64,000 nucleotides of DNA, taken from the NCBI GenBank assembly GCA_963706045.1, contig CAVPLY010000008.1, positions 13,966 through 77,965 on the forward strand, read 5' to 3'. Positions 38,455-46,799 of the stretch are shown piece by piece. Both the position numbers and the translations under genes were made by a program. Source of the DNA: an uncultured Actinomycetota bacterium. Its GTDB lineage: Bacteria > Actinomycetota > Actinomycetes > JAHEKZ01. Under the pieces are notes generated by a model. It did no database searches. It saw only the letters and a program-made list of their open reading frames with translations, and was not told the origin of the DNA. Numbering within the stretch: the stretch's first letter is position 1; each line of letters begins with the position of its first letter.

Positions 38455-38706
38455 CTAGTGGTCCGAAACTCGGAACGCCACATACCGCATGACCACAGCC
38501 GCAAAAGTGAGGAAGGCCCACAGCCCAAGAGTCGATGCTGCCGTCACGATCATCATCCCTACGCCAAAGACGAGGCCGCGATCCACCACGACCGCCACTT
38601 CACCGAAGATGGAAAGGGAACCCACCACCAGGACTGCCCAAGAGAACATCCGGAAGACGTCAGCGGAGTTCAGAGCTTGCGAGCGTAGGTTCATGGTCTC
38701 CCTCAT
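38455..38706 (-). CDS. small hypothetical membrane protein (2-3 TM)
   Basis: 83-aa ORF with hydrophobic stretches FSWAVLVVGSLSIFG, GVGMMIVTAASTLGLWAFLTFAAVV. Confidence 0.4.
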   Translation of the reverse strand: MRETMNLRSQALNSADVFRMFSWAVLVVGSLSIFGEVAVVVDRGLVFGVGMMIVTAASTLGLWAFLTFAAVVMRYVAFRVSDH

Positions 38707-38900
38707 AGCGTTGGTGTCGCCGGTGGAGAATCAAGGTAGTCGACTGGAGGTGTGGTGCCTCGGCGGCTGAGTCCGCTGGTCCTGGATCTGCATACTCGTC
38801 CTTCCACCCGGGAAGCCGGCCGGTTCGCATAGTGAAGCGCCACCGATAACTCTGCACGAGATGCAGGATCGGGGCGGCGCTTCGGTGCCATGCTGGCGGC

Positions 38901-39101
38901 ATGGATATCTATCTAGCGATGGCTCTAAGCCTGCTCATCTCCTACTTCGTTATCCGCTTGGCCGTAGCCCATGCAATCGGGGACGCCCTGAGGAAGGCGC
39001 AGATCGCGCACCACGTTGCAGACATTCGAACCGTCGTCACCGAGGTTCTCCGGCAGAACGCCAGGACGACTCCCAGGGAGACCGAGCCGGACGTCGGTTA
39101 G
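38901..39101 (+). CDS. small hypothetical membrane protein (1 TM)
   Basis: ATG start, IYLAMALSLLISYFVIRLAVA helix, third-position GC higher than in the overlapping 368-aa frame. Confidence 0.4.
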   Translation: MDIYLAMALSLLISYFVIRLAVAHAIGDALRKAQIAHHVADIRTVVTEVLRQNARTTPRETEPDVG

Positions 39102-39193
39102 CCCTCCTTCATTGCCAGATACCGCAGGCACGCCCCGAGCCGGTCGTCACCGAGGTTCTGACGTTCCTCGGTGACCCACAAAGCCGAGTGCAT
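39098..39193 (-). pseudogene. short paralog/remnant of the 39992..40222 small protein
   Basis: The minus strand reads MHSALWVTEERQNLGDDRLGACLRYLAMKEG. This shares VTEERQNL.D..LG.C.RYL with the 76-aa ORF. Confidence 0.4.
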
Positions 39194-39512
39194 CCGGCGG
39201 CCACCTCGGGGGGCTGTACGCGCTCAAGTTCGTTCACCTATAGCCGAAAGATCGAACAACGGCTGAATCCGCGAGGCAACACGGTGAAGCATCTTGCGAA
39301 GGCTCAAAGCCTCCATGATGCGCGCACCAAGACACACAAGAGCCCCGCTTCAGAGCCGCGGCTCATTCAGGCTCAGGGGGGCCACACACTCCCGACGGTG
39401 AATGGCTACATCCTCAAGGCCGGGGAATGGGTTCCAGCGCCTGGCCACACCAAGGGTGAAGACGTACGCGCAGCGCTCAAGACCCGGTTTGGCGTCTACT
39501 GGGATCTGGGCA

Positions 39513-39967
39513 TGGAGTCTTTGATTCGGGCCATCGTGGTCGGGCTTGTCGCTTCAGCTGCCCTACTCATCGTGGGTCTGCTGATGCAGGCCGGAGGTGA
39601 TGTTATGTCTGGATATTGCGAGGTCGGCGCTGATGGTCAGTGCGTTGGTCCCACCTACGAGAAGGACGGGAATGGCGATTTCCAGCAGCGGGAGTATGCG
39701 GATCCCGCTGCTCTTTTCATCGGAATGTTTGTAGTCATCGGTGGACTCACCTTGGCTATCTCTATGTACCGAGCCCTTGGCGAGAGCCGCGAACAGCGGA
39801 CCATTGGGAATCGTCTTCTGTCCGGGGTCTGCTACCGATGCGGGACAGAGGTGAGCAACGGGGTTTGCCTCTATCGAACATGCACCCAGCCACCTCTCGG
39901 CGTGTCGGACGTCGCTTTGAAGGCGGAGCCGGTGCCGCAAGGAAGGCACCGGAGCCAATCCAGCTGA
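39513..39967 (+). CDS. hypothetical 2-TM protein with a C-terminal CxxC...C zinc-ribbon-like tail; start uncertain
   Basis: Downstream part of ORF 38861..39967: MESLIRAIVVGLVASAALLIVGLLM ... ALFIGMFVVIGGLTLAISMY ... CYRCGTEVSNGVCLYRTC. Confidence 0.4.
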
Positions 39968-39991
39968 TGTAACGAATCGAGGTTCGCGACG

Positions 39992-40222
39992 TCATCCTCG
40001 AGGTCGAGCGACTGATGCGGGAAGCCGTCTGAGCACCACCAGGTACCGAATGCACACGCCAAGCTCGTTATCGACGAGGTTTTGCCGCTCCTCGGTGACC
40101 GTGTACCCGGCCGCAGTCACGGCCACTGACAGGACGGACCAAGGCACCTCGTGGGGGCGGAGGTACACCCAGGCGAGGGTGCCGCCGCTCATGGGGTCGA
40201 TGCGCCACGGCTGCTCGGTCAT
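39992..40222 (-). CDS. small hypothetical protein (76 aa)
   Basis: ATG-initiated ORF convergent with the 39513 gene. A degenerate paralog lies at 39098..39193 in the same relative arrangement. Confidence 0.4.
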   Translation of the reverse strand: MTEQPWRIDPMSGGTLAWVYLRPHEVPWSVLSVAVTAAGYTVTEERQNLVDNELGVCIRYLVVLRRLPASVARPRG

Positions 40223-40344
40223 GGGTGGACCGTAGGTGCGGCCCGTGACATGGAGCAGCCCCCGGTCGCTACGGGGGATATGCGACCAGGGGGCTGCGTC
40301 AGTTAGGAATGCTAACGACGCCCGCTCACGTGCGTGGTCGTTTC

Positions 40345-40454
40345 GGCATCATTGGCAGCACAGAGCCCCGGCCACTAACCCTGGTCGGGGCTCTGCTTGC
40401 TGTTCTAGACGTGGATGCTGTCGAGCTTTGCCAATTTGACTGTGCCGTCGTCGA
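40345..40454. repeat. 110-bp direct repeat, copy 1 (105/110 identical to 41271..41380)
   Basis: Aligned by eye. Covers the 3' end of a small ORF (...DDGTVK.AKLDSIHV-stop) plus a 14-bp-stem hairpin (40361..40395). Confidence 0.8.
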
Positions 40455-40545
40455 AGCGGATAAGGCCGGGGGACCCGTCGAACTCCTCCAGGGTTCCGAA
40501 CCTGCAGTCAACGTAGACGCCGAGACCAGAGTCCGCTAGAGGCCG
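40405..40545 (-). pseudogene. small ORF copy 1 (...GVYVDCRFGTLEEFDGSPGLIRFDDGTVKLAKLDSIHV), no in-frame start
   Basis: Homologous to 41331..41494. The only nearby ATG (40548-40550) is in another frame and hits a stop after 4 codons. Confidence 0.35.
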
Positions 40546-40554
40546 TTCATGGAG

Positions 40555-40583
40555 GTGCCCGCCCGAGCTTGTCGGGCGGGCAC
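40555..40583 (-). terminator. perfect 12-bp GC hairpin after the 40599..41124 gene
   Basis: gtgcccgcccga / gcttg / tcgggcgggcac, 16 nt downstream of the stop codon. Confidence 0.6.
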
Positions 40584-40598
40584 CAGGGGGTGGACCTC

Positions 40599-41124
40599 CT
40601 AGTTGAGGGGGCAACCCAGGTTGTTGTCGGTGTCGAGCTGCTTGGCGAGTTGGATCATGGCGTCCCGGTCCGTTCCGGACAGAGCGTCGACCACAGCGGG
40701 CACCAACGACGGGCGGCCGTCCAAGCTCTCGCCCCATCGGCGCCAGGGGAACTGCAGGTATTCACCTTCGTCGTAAGCCGCGTTGAGCCACGCTGCGGCA
40801 GCCGCCCGGGCGAGGATCTGTCGCGCGCCATCGAGATCGCTACCTCCTCGAGCCTTCAGCGCGTTCGAGCATGGTCAGATCCTCGGAGATGAAGCCAACG
40901 GGGGTCATCGGCGCGGATGCCTTGTCGGACTCGGCACGAAACGCTTCGATGAAGGGCGTGCTCGGCTTCGCTTCCTGCCACGAATCCGTGTGATTCTTCC
41001 AGTAGCCCGGGGTGCAACCTTCCGTGCTCCCGATGTTGACGGCGTTCGCAGCTGGGGCCATCGCAACCGCCACTGTGAGAGTCATCAAAGTTGCCACAGC
41101 CGCGGCAATAAGTCTCTTCATCAT
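40599..41124 (-). pseudogene. secreted protein with CTPGYWKNH motif and C-terminal NNLGCPLN; frame break near 40858-40864
   Basis: Signal peptide MMKRLIAAAVATLMTLTVAVAMAPAANA, then GCTPGYWKNHTDSW. After ...DLTMLERA the sequence continues in another frame as LKARGGSDLDGARQILARAAAAAWLNAAYDE...QLAKQLDTDNNLGCPLN. Confidence 0.55.
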
Positions 41125-41270
41125 TCTCCCCTTCGTTGGAATCAGCCCTGACCTTTCCCCGAGAGATGCATACCTATTGGAGCACTCCCTGAACTCGGCC
41201 GTCCTGCGTTTCAGATATTTCGCGGCGAACGACAGAACCTTGCGGGTCGGGTTATGGCGAGACCGTCGTC

Positions 41271-41380
41271 GGCATCATTGACAGCACAGAGCCCCGGCTA
41301 CTAACCCTGGTCGGGGCTCTGCTTGCTGTTCTAGACGTGGATGCTGTCGAGCTTCGCCGTTTTGACTGTGCCGTCGTCGA
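41271..41380. repeat. 110-bp direct repeat, copy 2
   Basis: See copy 1. Five mismatches and the same hairpin. Confidence 0.8.
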
Positions 41381-41494
41381 GCGAATGGCAGCCAGGTCAC
41401 CGTCGACTGTCTCGAGTTGCCCGTAGTCGTCGCCGACCTGGGCGAGGGCACCGAACCACCAGGGGGACAACTCAGGGCGCATGCGTATGGTCAT
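41331..41494 (-). pseudogene. small ORF copy 2 (MTIRMRPELSPWWFGALAQVGDDYGQLETVDGDLAAIR / DDGTVKTAKLDSIHV) with a 1-nt deletion relative to copy 1
   Basis: Copy 1 reads cgc ttc gac gac and copy 2 reads cgc tcg acg acg. The missing T shifts the conserved C-terminus out of frame. Confidence 0.4.
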
Positions 41495-41565
41495 TGTCGG
41501 ATTCCCTTCCCGTCTGGCACGTGGCTGGCACGGACTTTGCGGGATACCCTCTGACCTGCGAAAAC

Positions 41566-41643
41566 GTGGTGGGCGATACAGGACTTGAACCAGTGACCTC
41601 TTCCGTGTCAGGGAAGCGCGCTAGCCAGACTGCGCCAATCGCC
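41566..41643 (-). tRNA. tRNA-Val (anticodon GAC), CCA encoded
   Basis: Cloverleaf read by eye: acceptor gggcgat/atcgccc, anticodon arm cttcc-ctGACac-ggaag, T-loop ttcaagt. The T-stem has one U-U mismatch. Confidence 0.9.
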
Positions 41644-41704
41644 CGCGGTGGTGCTGCGGTCCTGCTGTCGTTCCACTCTTCGTGCGGTCGTGCCCTCGTG
41701 CTGC

Positions 41705-41775
41705 GAGGTGGAGACGGGATTTGAACCCGTGTAGACGGCTTTGCAGGCCGTTGCCTCGCCTCTCGGCCACTCCAC
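41705..41775 (-). tRNA. tRNA-Cys (anticodon GCA)
   Basis: Acceptor ggtggag/ctccacc, anticodon arm acggc-ctGCAaa-gccgt, T-arm acggg-ttcaaat-cccgt. Confidence 0.9.
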
Positions 41776-41814
41776 CAGAGCAGGCCTCCCAGGTGTGACT
41801 GGGTGAGACCCTCC

Positions 41815-41887
41815 GAGCGGACGACGGGATTCGAACCCGCGACCCTCACCTTGGCAAGGTGATGCGCTACCAGCTGCGCTACGTCCG
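41815..41887 (-). tRNA. tRNA-Gly (anticodon GCC)
   Basis: Acceptor gcggacg/cgtccgc, anticodon arm tcacc-ttGCCaa-ggtga, T-arm gcggg-ttcgaat-cccgt. Confidence 0.9.
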
Positions 41888-42032
41888 CGAATCCAGCCCC
41901 TCGTGAGGGCTGGCGAACGGCAACGATAGCCGATCGGCGCAGGTCAACCCAAAGCGGGCAGGCCGAGAGGGGCTACCTTGGCCGGGTGCCCCAGGACGCC
42001 GTGACCCCACTCGCCCAGTAGCCCGCCCATCG

Positions 42033-43594
42033 ATGCACCCGAGCTGGTCGTCACAGGCGACCCGCTGAGCATCGACGAGGTCGTCGACGTGGCCAGGGGG
42101 CGTCGCGGCGCCGCACTGGACGCCGGCGTCGCCGCCCGTATGGCGCCGACCCGCGAGGTCGTCGAACGGGCAGTCGCCGAGAACCGGGTCATGTACGGCA
42201 TCACCACCGGCTTCGGGGCGTTGGCGAACACTCGCATCGCGCCAGGTGACCTTGCCGCGATGCAGCTGGCCCTGATCCGCTCACACGCCGCGGGCGTGGG
42301 TGATCCCCTGAGCGACGACGTGGTGCGCGCGCTGTTGCTCTTGCGCGCGCGCACGCTGTCGGTCGGGATCAGCGGCGTCCGGGTAGAGCTGCCAGAACGC
42401 CTGCTGCTCCTGCTCGAACGTGGGCTGATTCCGGTCATCCCTGGCCAGGGCAGCGTGGGCGCATCCGGTGACCTCGCACAGCTTGCGCACCTCGCTCTGC
42501 CGCTCGTCGGTGAGGGGCGGCTTCGTCGCGCCGGCGACCGTGACCTCGGTGGGCGCCCCGCCTCTGAGCTCCTGACGGCCGAAGGCATCGAGCCGCTCGT
42601 GCTGCAGCCCAAAGAAGGGCTGAGCCTGATCAACGGCACTGAGCCCATGCAGGCCCGTCTGGCGCTGTCGGTTGATCAGTCGCGACTGCTGGTGAAGGTC
42701 GCCGACCTCGCCTGTGCCATGTCGCTCGATGGGCTGCTCGGCACCGATCGCGCCTACGACGCGCGGGTCATCGACATCCGTCCGCACGTCGGCCAACTGA
42801 AAGTGGCCGACAACCTGCGCCGGTTGCTGACGGGCTCGGGGCTGCTGGCGAGCCACCGCCACGACCTTGAGCACGCCGTGCAGGACTCTTACTCGCTGCG
42901 ATGTGCGCCACAGGTGCATGGTTCGGTGCGTGACGTTCTGAGCCATGTGGCATCGGTTCTGACCGTCGAGCTCGGGGCGGTCGTCGACAACCCAGTCATC
43001 GTTCCCACGCCCGATGGCGCCGACTTCGAGGTCATGTCGACGGGTAACTTCCACGGTGAGCCGCTCGCTTTCGGCGGTGACATGCTGGCTATCGCGATCT
43101 CCGAGCTTGCGTCGATCAGCGAACGCCGCACCGACCGCATGCTCGACCCGGCCTTCTCTCGCGGGCTGCCGCCGTTCTTGGCTCCTGCGGCCGGCACCAA
43201 CAGCGGCTACATGCTGGCCCAGTACACCGCGGCTTCCCTCGTCAGCGAGAACAAGGTGCTCGCCCACCCGAGCAGTGTCGACACGATTCCGACCTCAGGA
43301 AACCAGGAGGATCACGTGTCGATGGGCTGGACGTCGATGCGCAAACTGAGCGACGTCGTGCGCAACGTCCGCAGTGTGCTCGCGGTCGAGATGGTGTGCG
43401 CAGCGCAGGCCATCGACCTCCGTGCTGACACGGCTCCGCCGAGCCCAGCGGTCGCGGCTGCTCATGCGGTGTTGCGTGCGCATGTGCCAGCCATGAACGT
43501 CGATCGTGAAGTGACCCCGCAGCTCCAGGCAGTAGACGCTTTGCTGCCCGACCTTGTCGCGGCGGCTGAGGACGTCGCTGGTCCGCTCGGCTGA
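42033..43594 (+). CDS. hutH: histidine ammonia-lyase; N-terminal 19 codons only reachable from ATG 42033 through a 1-nt frame correction in a CCC run (42038-42040)
   Basis: VYGITTGFGALA, the ASGDL MIO-forming triad region (GSVGASGDLAQLAH), and SNQEDHVSMG. Homology (ELVVTGDPLSIDEVVDVARG) extends upstream of the first in-frame start at 42089. Confidence 0.88.
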
Positions 43595-43608
43595 CCTAGC
43601 TTCTGCAG

Positions 43609-44625
43609 ATGCAACCCTTCGCCCGCTTCGGAGACGTGGTCGCCACCGACCTGCAAGAGGTCAGCGACGACCCGGCGGTCCTCGACCACGGCGGATGGTG
43701 GGCGGTGGTGCATACGTACGAGGGTCACCTGACCGCGGCTCGCTTCGGGAGCATCGAGCGCAGTCCTGCGCCGTTGCCGTCTGAGGATGCGCCGGCGTGG
43801 AGCCCGTTACCGCGCGAAGCGTGGACGTCGTCGATGACGCGTGCCCAGTACATGAACGCCGTCGAGCAGATCAGGGCGGCCATCGCGGCAGGCACCGTCT
43901 ACCAGGCCAACATCTGCCGGGTGCTGGCTGCGCCGAGGGAGGGCCGCGACCTGCGCGGCCTGGCCCTGCTGCTGGCCGATCGGCACCCGGCGCCGCACTC
44001 TGGGGTGGTCATGCTCCCCGATCACGGGGTCGAGGTCGTGAGCGCGTCACCTGAGCTGTTCCTGCAGCGCGACGGGGAGCTTCTGACGTCGTCACCGATC
44101 AAGGGAACCGGGCGAACGGCGTCCGACTTGCTCGACAAGGACACCGCCGAAAACATCATGATCGTCGATCTCGTGCGCAACGACCTCGGTCGCGTCGCGA
44201 GCACCGGCAGCGTGCGGGTGTCGTCGCTGCTGCGCCATGAGGAACACCCGGGTCTGGTGCACCTGGTGTCGAGCATCGAGGCCACGCTCCGCTCGGACGC
44301 GGGCTGGGCTGACATCGTCGAGGCCACATTCCCGCCCGGATCGATCACTGGTGCGCCGAAGTCGTCGGCGTTGCGGCTCATTGACGAGATAGAGATGGCT
44401 CCGCGCGGTCCCTACTGCGGGGCGATCGGTTGGGTGGACGCCGATGCCCGCCAAGCGTCCCTCGCTGTCGGCATCCGCACGTTCTGGGCGGACGCGCAGC
44501 GTGTGTACTTCGGAACGGGTGCAGGGATTACCTGGGGCTCAGACCCCGCCAGGGAGTGGGACGAGACCGAGCTCAAGGCGAACCGTCTGCTCGACGTCGC
44601 CGCTCACCGCACACCTTTGGGGTAA
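43609..44625 (+). CDS. pabB: chorismate-binding enzyme, short aminodeoxychorismate synthase component I-like
   Basis: VYQANICR, SASPELFL, SSPIKGT, ENIMIVDLVRND, PPGSITGAPK and GPYCGAIGW motifs. Confidence 0.8.
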   Translation: MQPFARFGDVVATDLQEVSDDPAVLDHGGWWAVVHTYEGHLTAARFGSIERSPAPLPSEDAPAWSPLPREAWTSSMTRAQYMNAVEQIRAAIAAGTVYQANICRVLAAPREGRDLRGLALLLADRHPAPHSGVVMLPDHGVEVVSASPELFLQRDGELLTSSPIKGTGRTASDLLDKDTAENIMIVDLVRNDLGRVASTGSVRVSSLLRHEEHPGLVHLVSSIEATLRSDAGWADIVEATFPPGSITGAPKSSALRLIDEIEMAPRGPYCGAIGWVDADARQASLAVGIRTFWADAQRVYFGTGAGITWGSDPAREWDETELKANRLLDVAAHRTPLG

Positions 44626-44664
44626 CTTGCGGTAGTCATAGCGACGCAAGGTTTCCCCAAAGGT

Positions 44665-45498
44665 GTGGATATGAAGGTCTGGGTCAACGGTCGGCTCTCT
44701 GAACCGGACGCCGCTCGCATCTCTCCGTTCGACCACGGCTTCACCGTCGGAGACGGGGTTTTCGAGACCTGCAAGGTGACTGACGGTGAAGCGTTCGCGC
44801 TGACTCGCCACCTCCGGCGTCTGGACCGCTCCGCTGCGGGCCTGGGCCTGCCCACGCCCGACCACGAGATGGTCCGCACCGGCATCAAGGAGCTGTTGGA
44901 CGCCGAGCCGGACGCTGGACGACTGCGCATCACCGTGACGGGCGGGCCGGGCCCCCTCGGATCCGATCGCGGCGACGAGGGCACCACGTTGACCTTGGCG
45001 GTCTCAGCCGAGAGCGCATGGGAAGCGGCAACCTCGGTGGCCGTCGTCCCGTGGGTGCGCAATGAACGGTCAGCGGTGGCTGGCCTCAAGACGACCTCGT
45101 ACGCCGAGAACGTGGTCGCGCTCGACCGGGCGCACCGGCATCAGTCGAGCGAGGCAATCCTCGCCAATACCGTCGGCGATCTCTGCGAAGGGACGGGAAG
45201 CAACATCTTCGTGGTGGTCGACGGCGAGATCGTGACTCCTTCCCTGGCGGGTGGCTGCCTGGCCGGCATCACTCGCGAGCTCGTTCTTGAGTGGTGCGGC
45301 GCCCGGCAGGTTGATCTGCCCTTGGCGGCGCTGCGCGACGTGCAGGAGGCGTTCCTGACGTCGTCGACGCGCGACGTCCAGCCGATCCGGCAGGTTGTGT
45401 GGCCGGAGGGGGAGACGCAAGCCCTGCCCGTTGGCCCGGTCACCGCCCGCGCCCGCGCCAAATTTGCCGAGCGCGCCGCGTCCACCCCCGACCCCTGA
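44665..45498 (+). CDS. pabC: class IV aminotransferase / aminodeoxychorismate lyase-like
   Basis: FDHGFTVGDGVFET, KTTSYAENV and GCLAGITR motifs. Immediately follows the pabB-like gene. Confidence 0.75.
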   Translation: MDMKVWVNGRLSEPDAARISPFDHGFTVGDGVFETCKVTDGEAFALTRHLRRLDRSAAGLGLPTPDHEMVRTGIKELLDAEPDAGRLRITVTGGPGPLGSDRGDEGTTLTLAVSAESAWEAATSVAVVPWVRNERSAVAGLKTTSYAENVVALDRAHRHQSSEAILANTVGDLCEGTGSNIFVVVDGEIVTPSLAGGCLAGITRELVLEWCGARQVDLPLAALRDVQEAFLTSSTRDVQPIRQVVWPEGETQALPVGPVTARARAKFAERAASTPDP

Positions 45499-45598
45499 CC
45501 ACAACGCGGATGTTCAGTGTGCCCCAGACCCCGGTGATCTTCGGCAATCCGGCGGGCACCGGCGCCGCGCCAGGGCGGCATCGTCACTCTCCACACGC

Positions 45599-45637
45599 TC
45601 TCACCACCGGTTCTCACCACCGGTAGTCACCACGGAG
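45599..45637. repeat. 13-bp direct repeat tctcaccaccggt, two perfect copies plus one degenerate copy, ending at the RBS of the VOC gene
   Basis: Read directly: 45599-45611 and 45612-45624 are identical, 45625-45637 matches 8/13. Confidence 0.7.
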
Positions 45638-45643
45638 GTTCAG

Positions 45644-46033
45644 ATGGCAAAGATCACCGGACTCGGCGGAGTCTTCTATGTCTCACCTGATCCAGAGGCT
45701 GCCCGCGCGTGGTACCGGGAAGTGCTTGGCGTCGACGGGCCCTATGGTCCCCAGTTTCTCTGGGCCGATGACCCAGGTGAGCAGCCTTACAGCCTGATGA
45801 GCGCCTTCCCCGATGGCGAGTACCTGAAGCCATCGACACACAGCTTCATGGTCAACTTCCGGGTTGACGACCTCGACGCGTTCGTCGCCGGCCTGGAGGC
45901 CAAGGGGATCGAGATCCTGGGGACCTCGGACGAGGGCTATGGGAAGTTCGCGTGGGTGCTCGACTGCGACGGGCTCAAAATCGAGCTTTGGCAGCAAATG
46001 GCGCCGCCGCCTCCGATCTCGGATCCCACCTGA
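45644..46033 (+). CDS. VOC (glyoxalase/bleomycin-resistance) family protein
   Basis: GGAGG RBS, ATG 45644. GLGGVFYVSPDPEAARAWYREVLG ... GKFAWVLDCDGLKIELWQ. Confidence 0.75.
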   Translation: MAKITGLGGVFYVSPDPEAARAWYREVLGVDGPYGPQFLWADDPGEQPYSLMSAFPDGEYLKPSTHSFMVNFRVDDLDAFVAGLEAKGIEILGTSDEGYGKFAWVLDCDGLKIELWQQMAPPPPISDPT

Positions 46034-46051
46034 CCACTGCGTCCACTCCGG

Positions 46052-46705
46052 TCAGGAGTCGTCGGCGAGCAGCAGTTCGACCTGGGCGTCGATGTCGTCG
46101 GGCATCTCGTCAGCGCGAAAAACCGTGCCTCCGGCCATGACGCTTGGCGCCGCGGCGATGCTGAGGGCCTTGGCGGCGGCTCGATCTTTGTCGACGGCCG
46201 CGTGGACCTCAGGCGCGTCGAAGTACTCAGACACCCAGTTGCCGAGCCAGTCTCCGTCGCGTCCGGCCGTGGCCACCAAGTGCGGCAGGCCCAGTTCGCG
46301 CAACGAGAGCAGGTCGCGCTGCAGGTTGAAGAGGTAGCCCCAAGGAACGTCGTAGTCCATCGGCACGAGTTCGTCACCCGCGCCACGAAGAACCGACCAG
46401 GCCCGCACCGCCATGATGCAGCGAGCGACAAGGTGGCCGAAGTCGTCGCCCACCTCGGGCAGTAGTCGGAGCTCGACCTCGTGGTGACCGCGAAAGCGCC
46501 ATGGGCGTCCACCGTTGGCGTGTCCATCAATGTCGAGGTACGGCAGGAAGATCCCGGTCGCTGGCGAGACGGGGTCGACCCACACGCTGATGTCCGACGG
46601 GCGCCGGTAGTTGAGAAGTGCGGTGAGGTTGGGGTGCTCACCGAAGACCCCGCCACCGTCGCCGGCTGCGTGCCCGGATTCGGGGCTCCCTGGTACCTCC
46701 GTCAT
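46052..46705 (-). CDS. conserved hypothetical protein
   Basis: 217-aa ORF with good codon bias. No family recognised. Confidence 0.5.
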   Translation of the reverse strand: MTEVPGSPESGHAAGDGGGVFGEHPNLTALLNYRRPSDISVWVDPVSPATGIFLPYLDIDGHANGGRPWRFRGHHEVELRLLPEVGDDFGHLVARCIMAVRAWSVLRGAGDELVPMDYDVPWGYLFNLQRDLLSLRELGLPHLVATAGRDGDWLGNWVSEYFDAPEVHAAVDKDRAAAKALSIAAAPSVMAGGTVFRADEMPDDIDAQVELLLADDS

Positions 46706-46799
46706 GGGTCTAGTGTGCCTGGGAAAGGCCGATCAACCCACCCTTTGTGGCCGTGTGAGTCGGTTTCCGCCCGAAGGGCCTAGTGCAGGAGGTTGCGAC

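Larger units (their letters stand above)
30273..41590. mobile_element. degenerate ~11.3 kb genomic island integrated at the 3' end of tRNA-Val(GAC); no integrase retained
   Basis: Flanked by direct repeats of the tRNA 3' end. The content is gene fragments, an IS-type HTH remnant, small paralogous ORFs and visibly lower third-position GC around 38.3-41.5 kb. Confidence 0.7.

Noticed and set aside
38861-39967. 368-aa plus-strand ORF taken as one gene
   Set aside because: The first ~210 codons are Arg/Pro/Gly-rich and overlap a better small membrane ORF (38901-39101) and a minus-strand paralog remnant. Only the distal part, with two TM helices and a Cys-rich tail, looks like protein. I therefore annotated 39513-39967 at low confidence.
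41495-41565. Search for an integrase or excisionase next to the tRNA-Val junction
   Set aside because: No ORF with tyrosine or serine recombinase motifs occurs anywhere between 30.3 and 41.6 kb on either strand. Only a small damaged ORF abuts the tRNA.
41944-43267. Minus-strand ORFs (234 aa and 328 aa) overlapping hutH
   Set aside because: hutH has the MIO-forming Ala-Ser-Gly region and full-length homology. The antisense ORFs are Ser/Arg/Pro-rich shadows.
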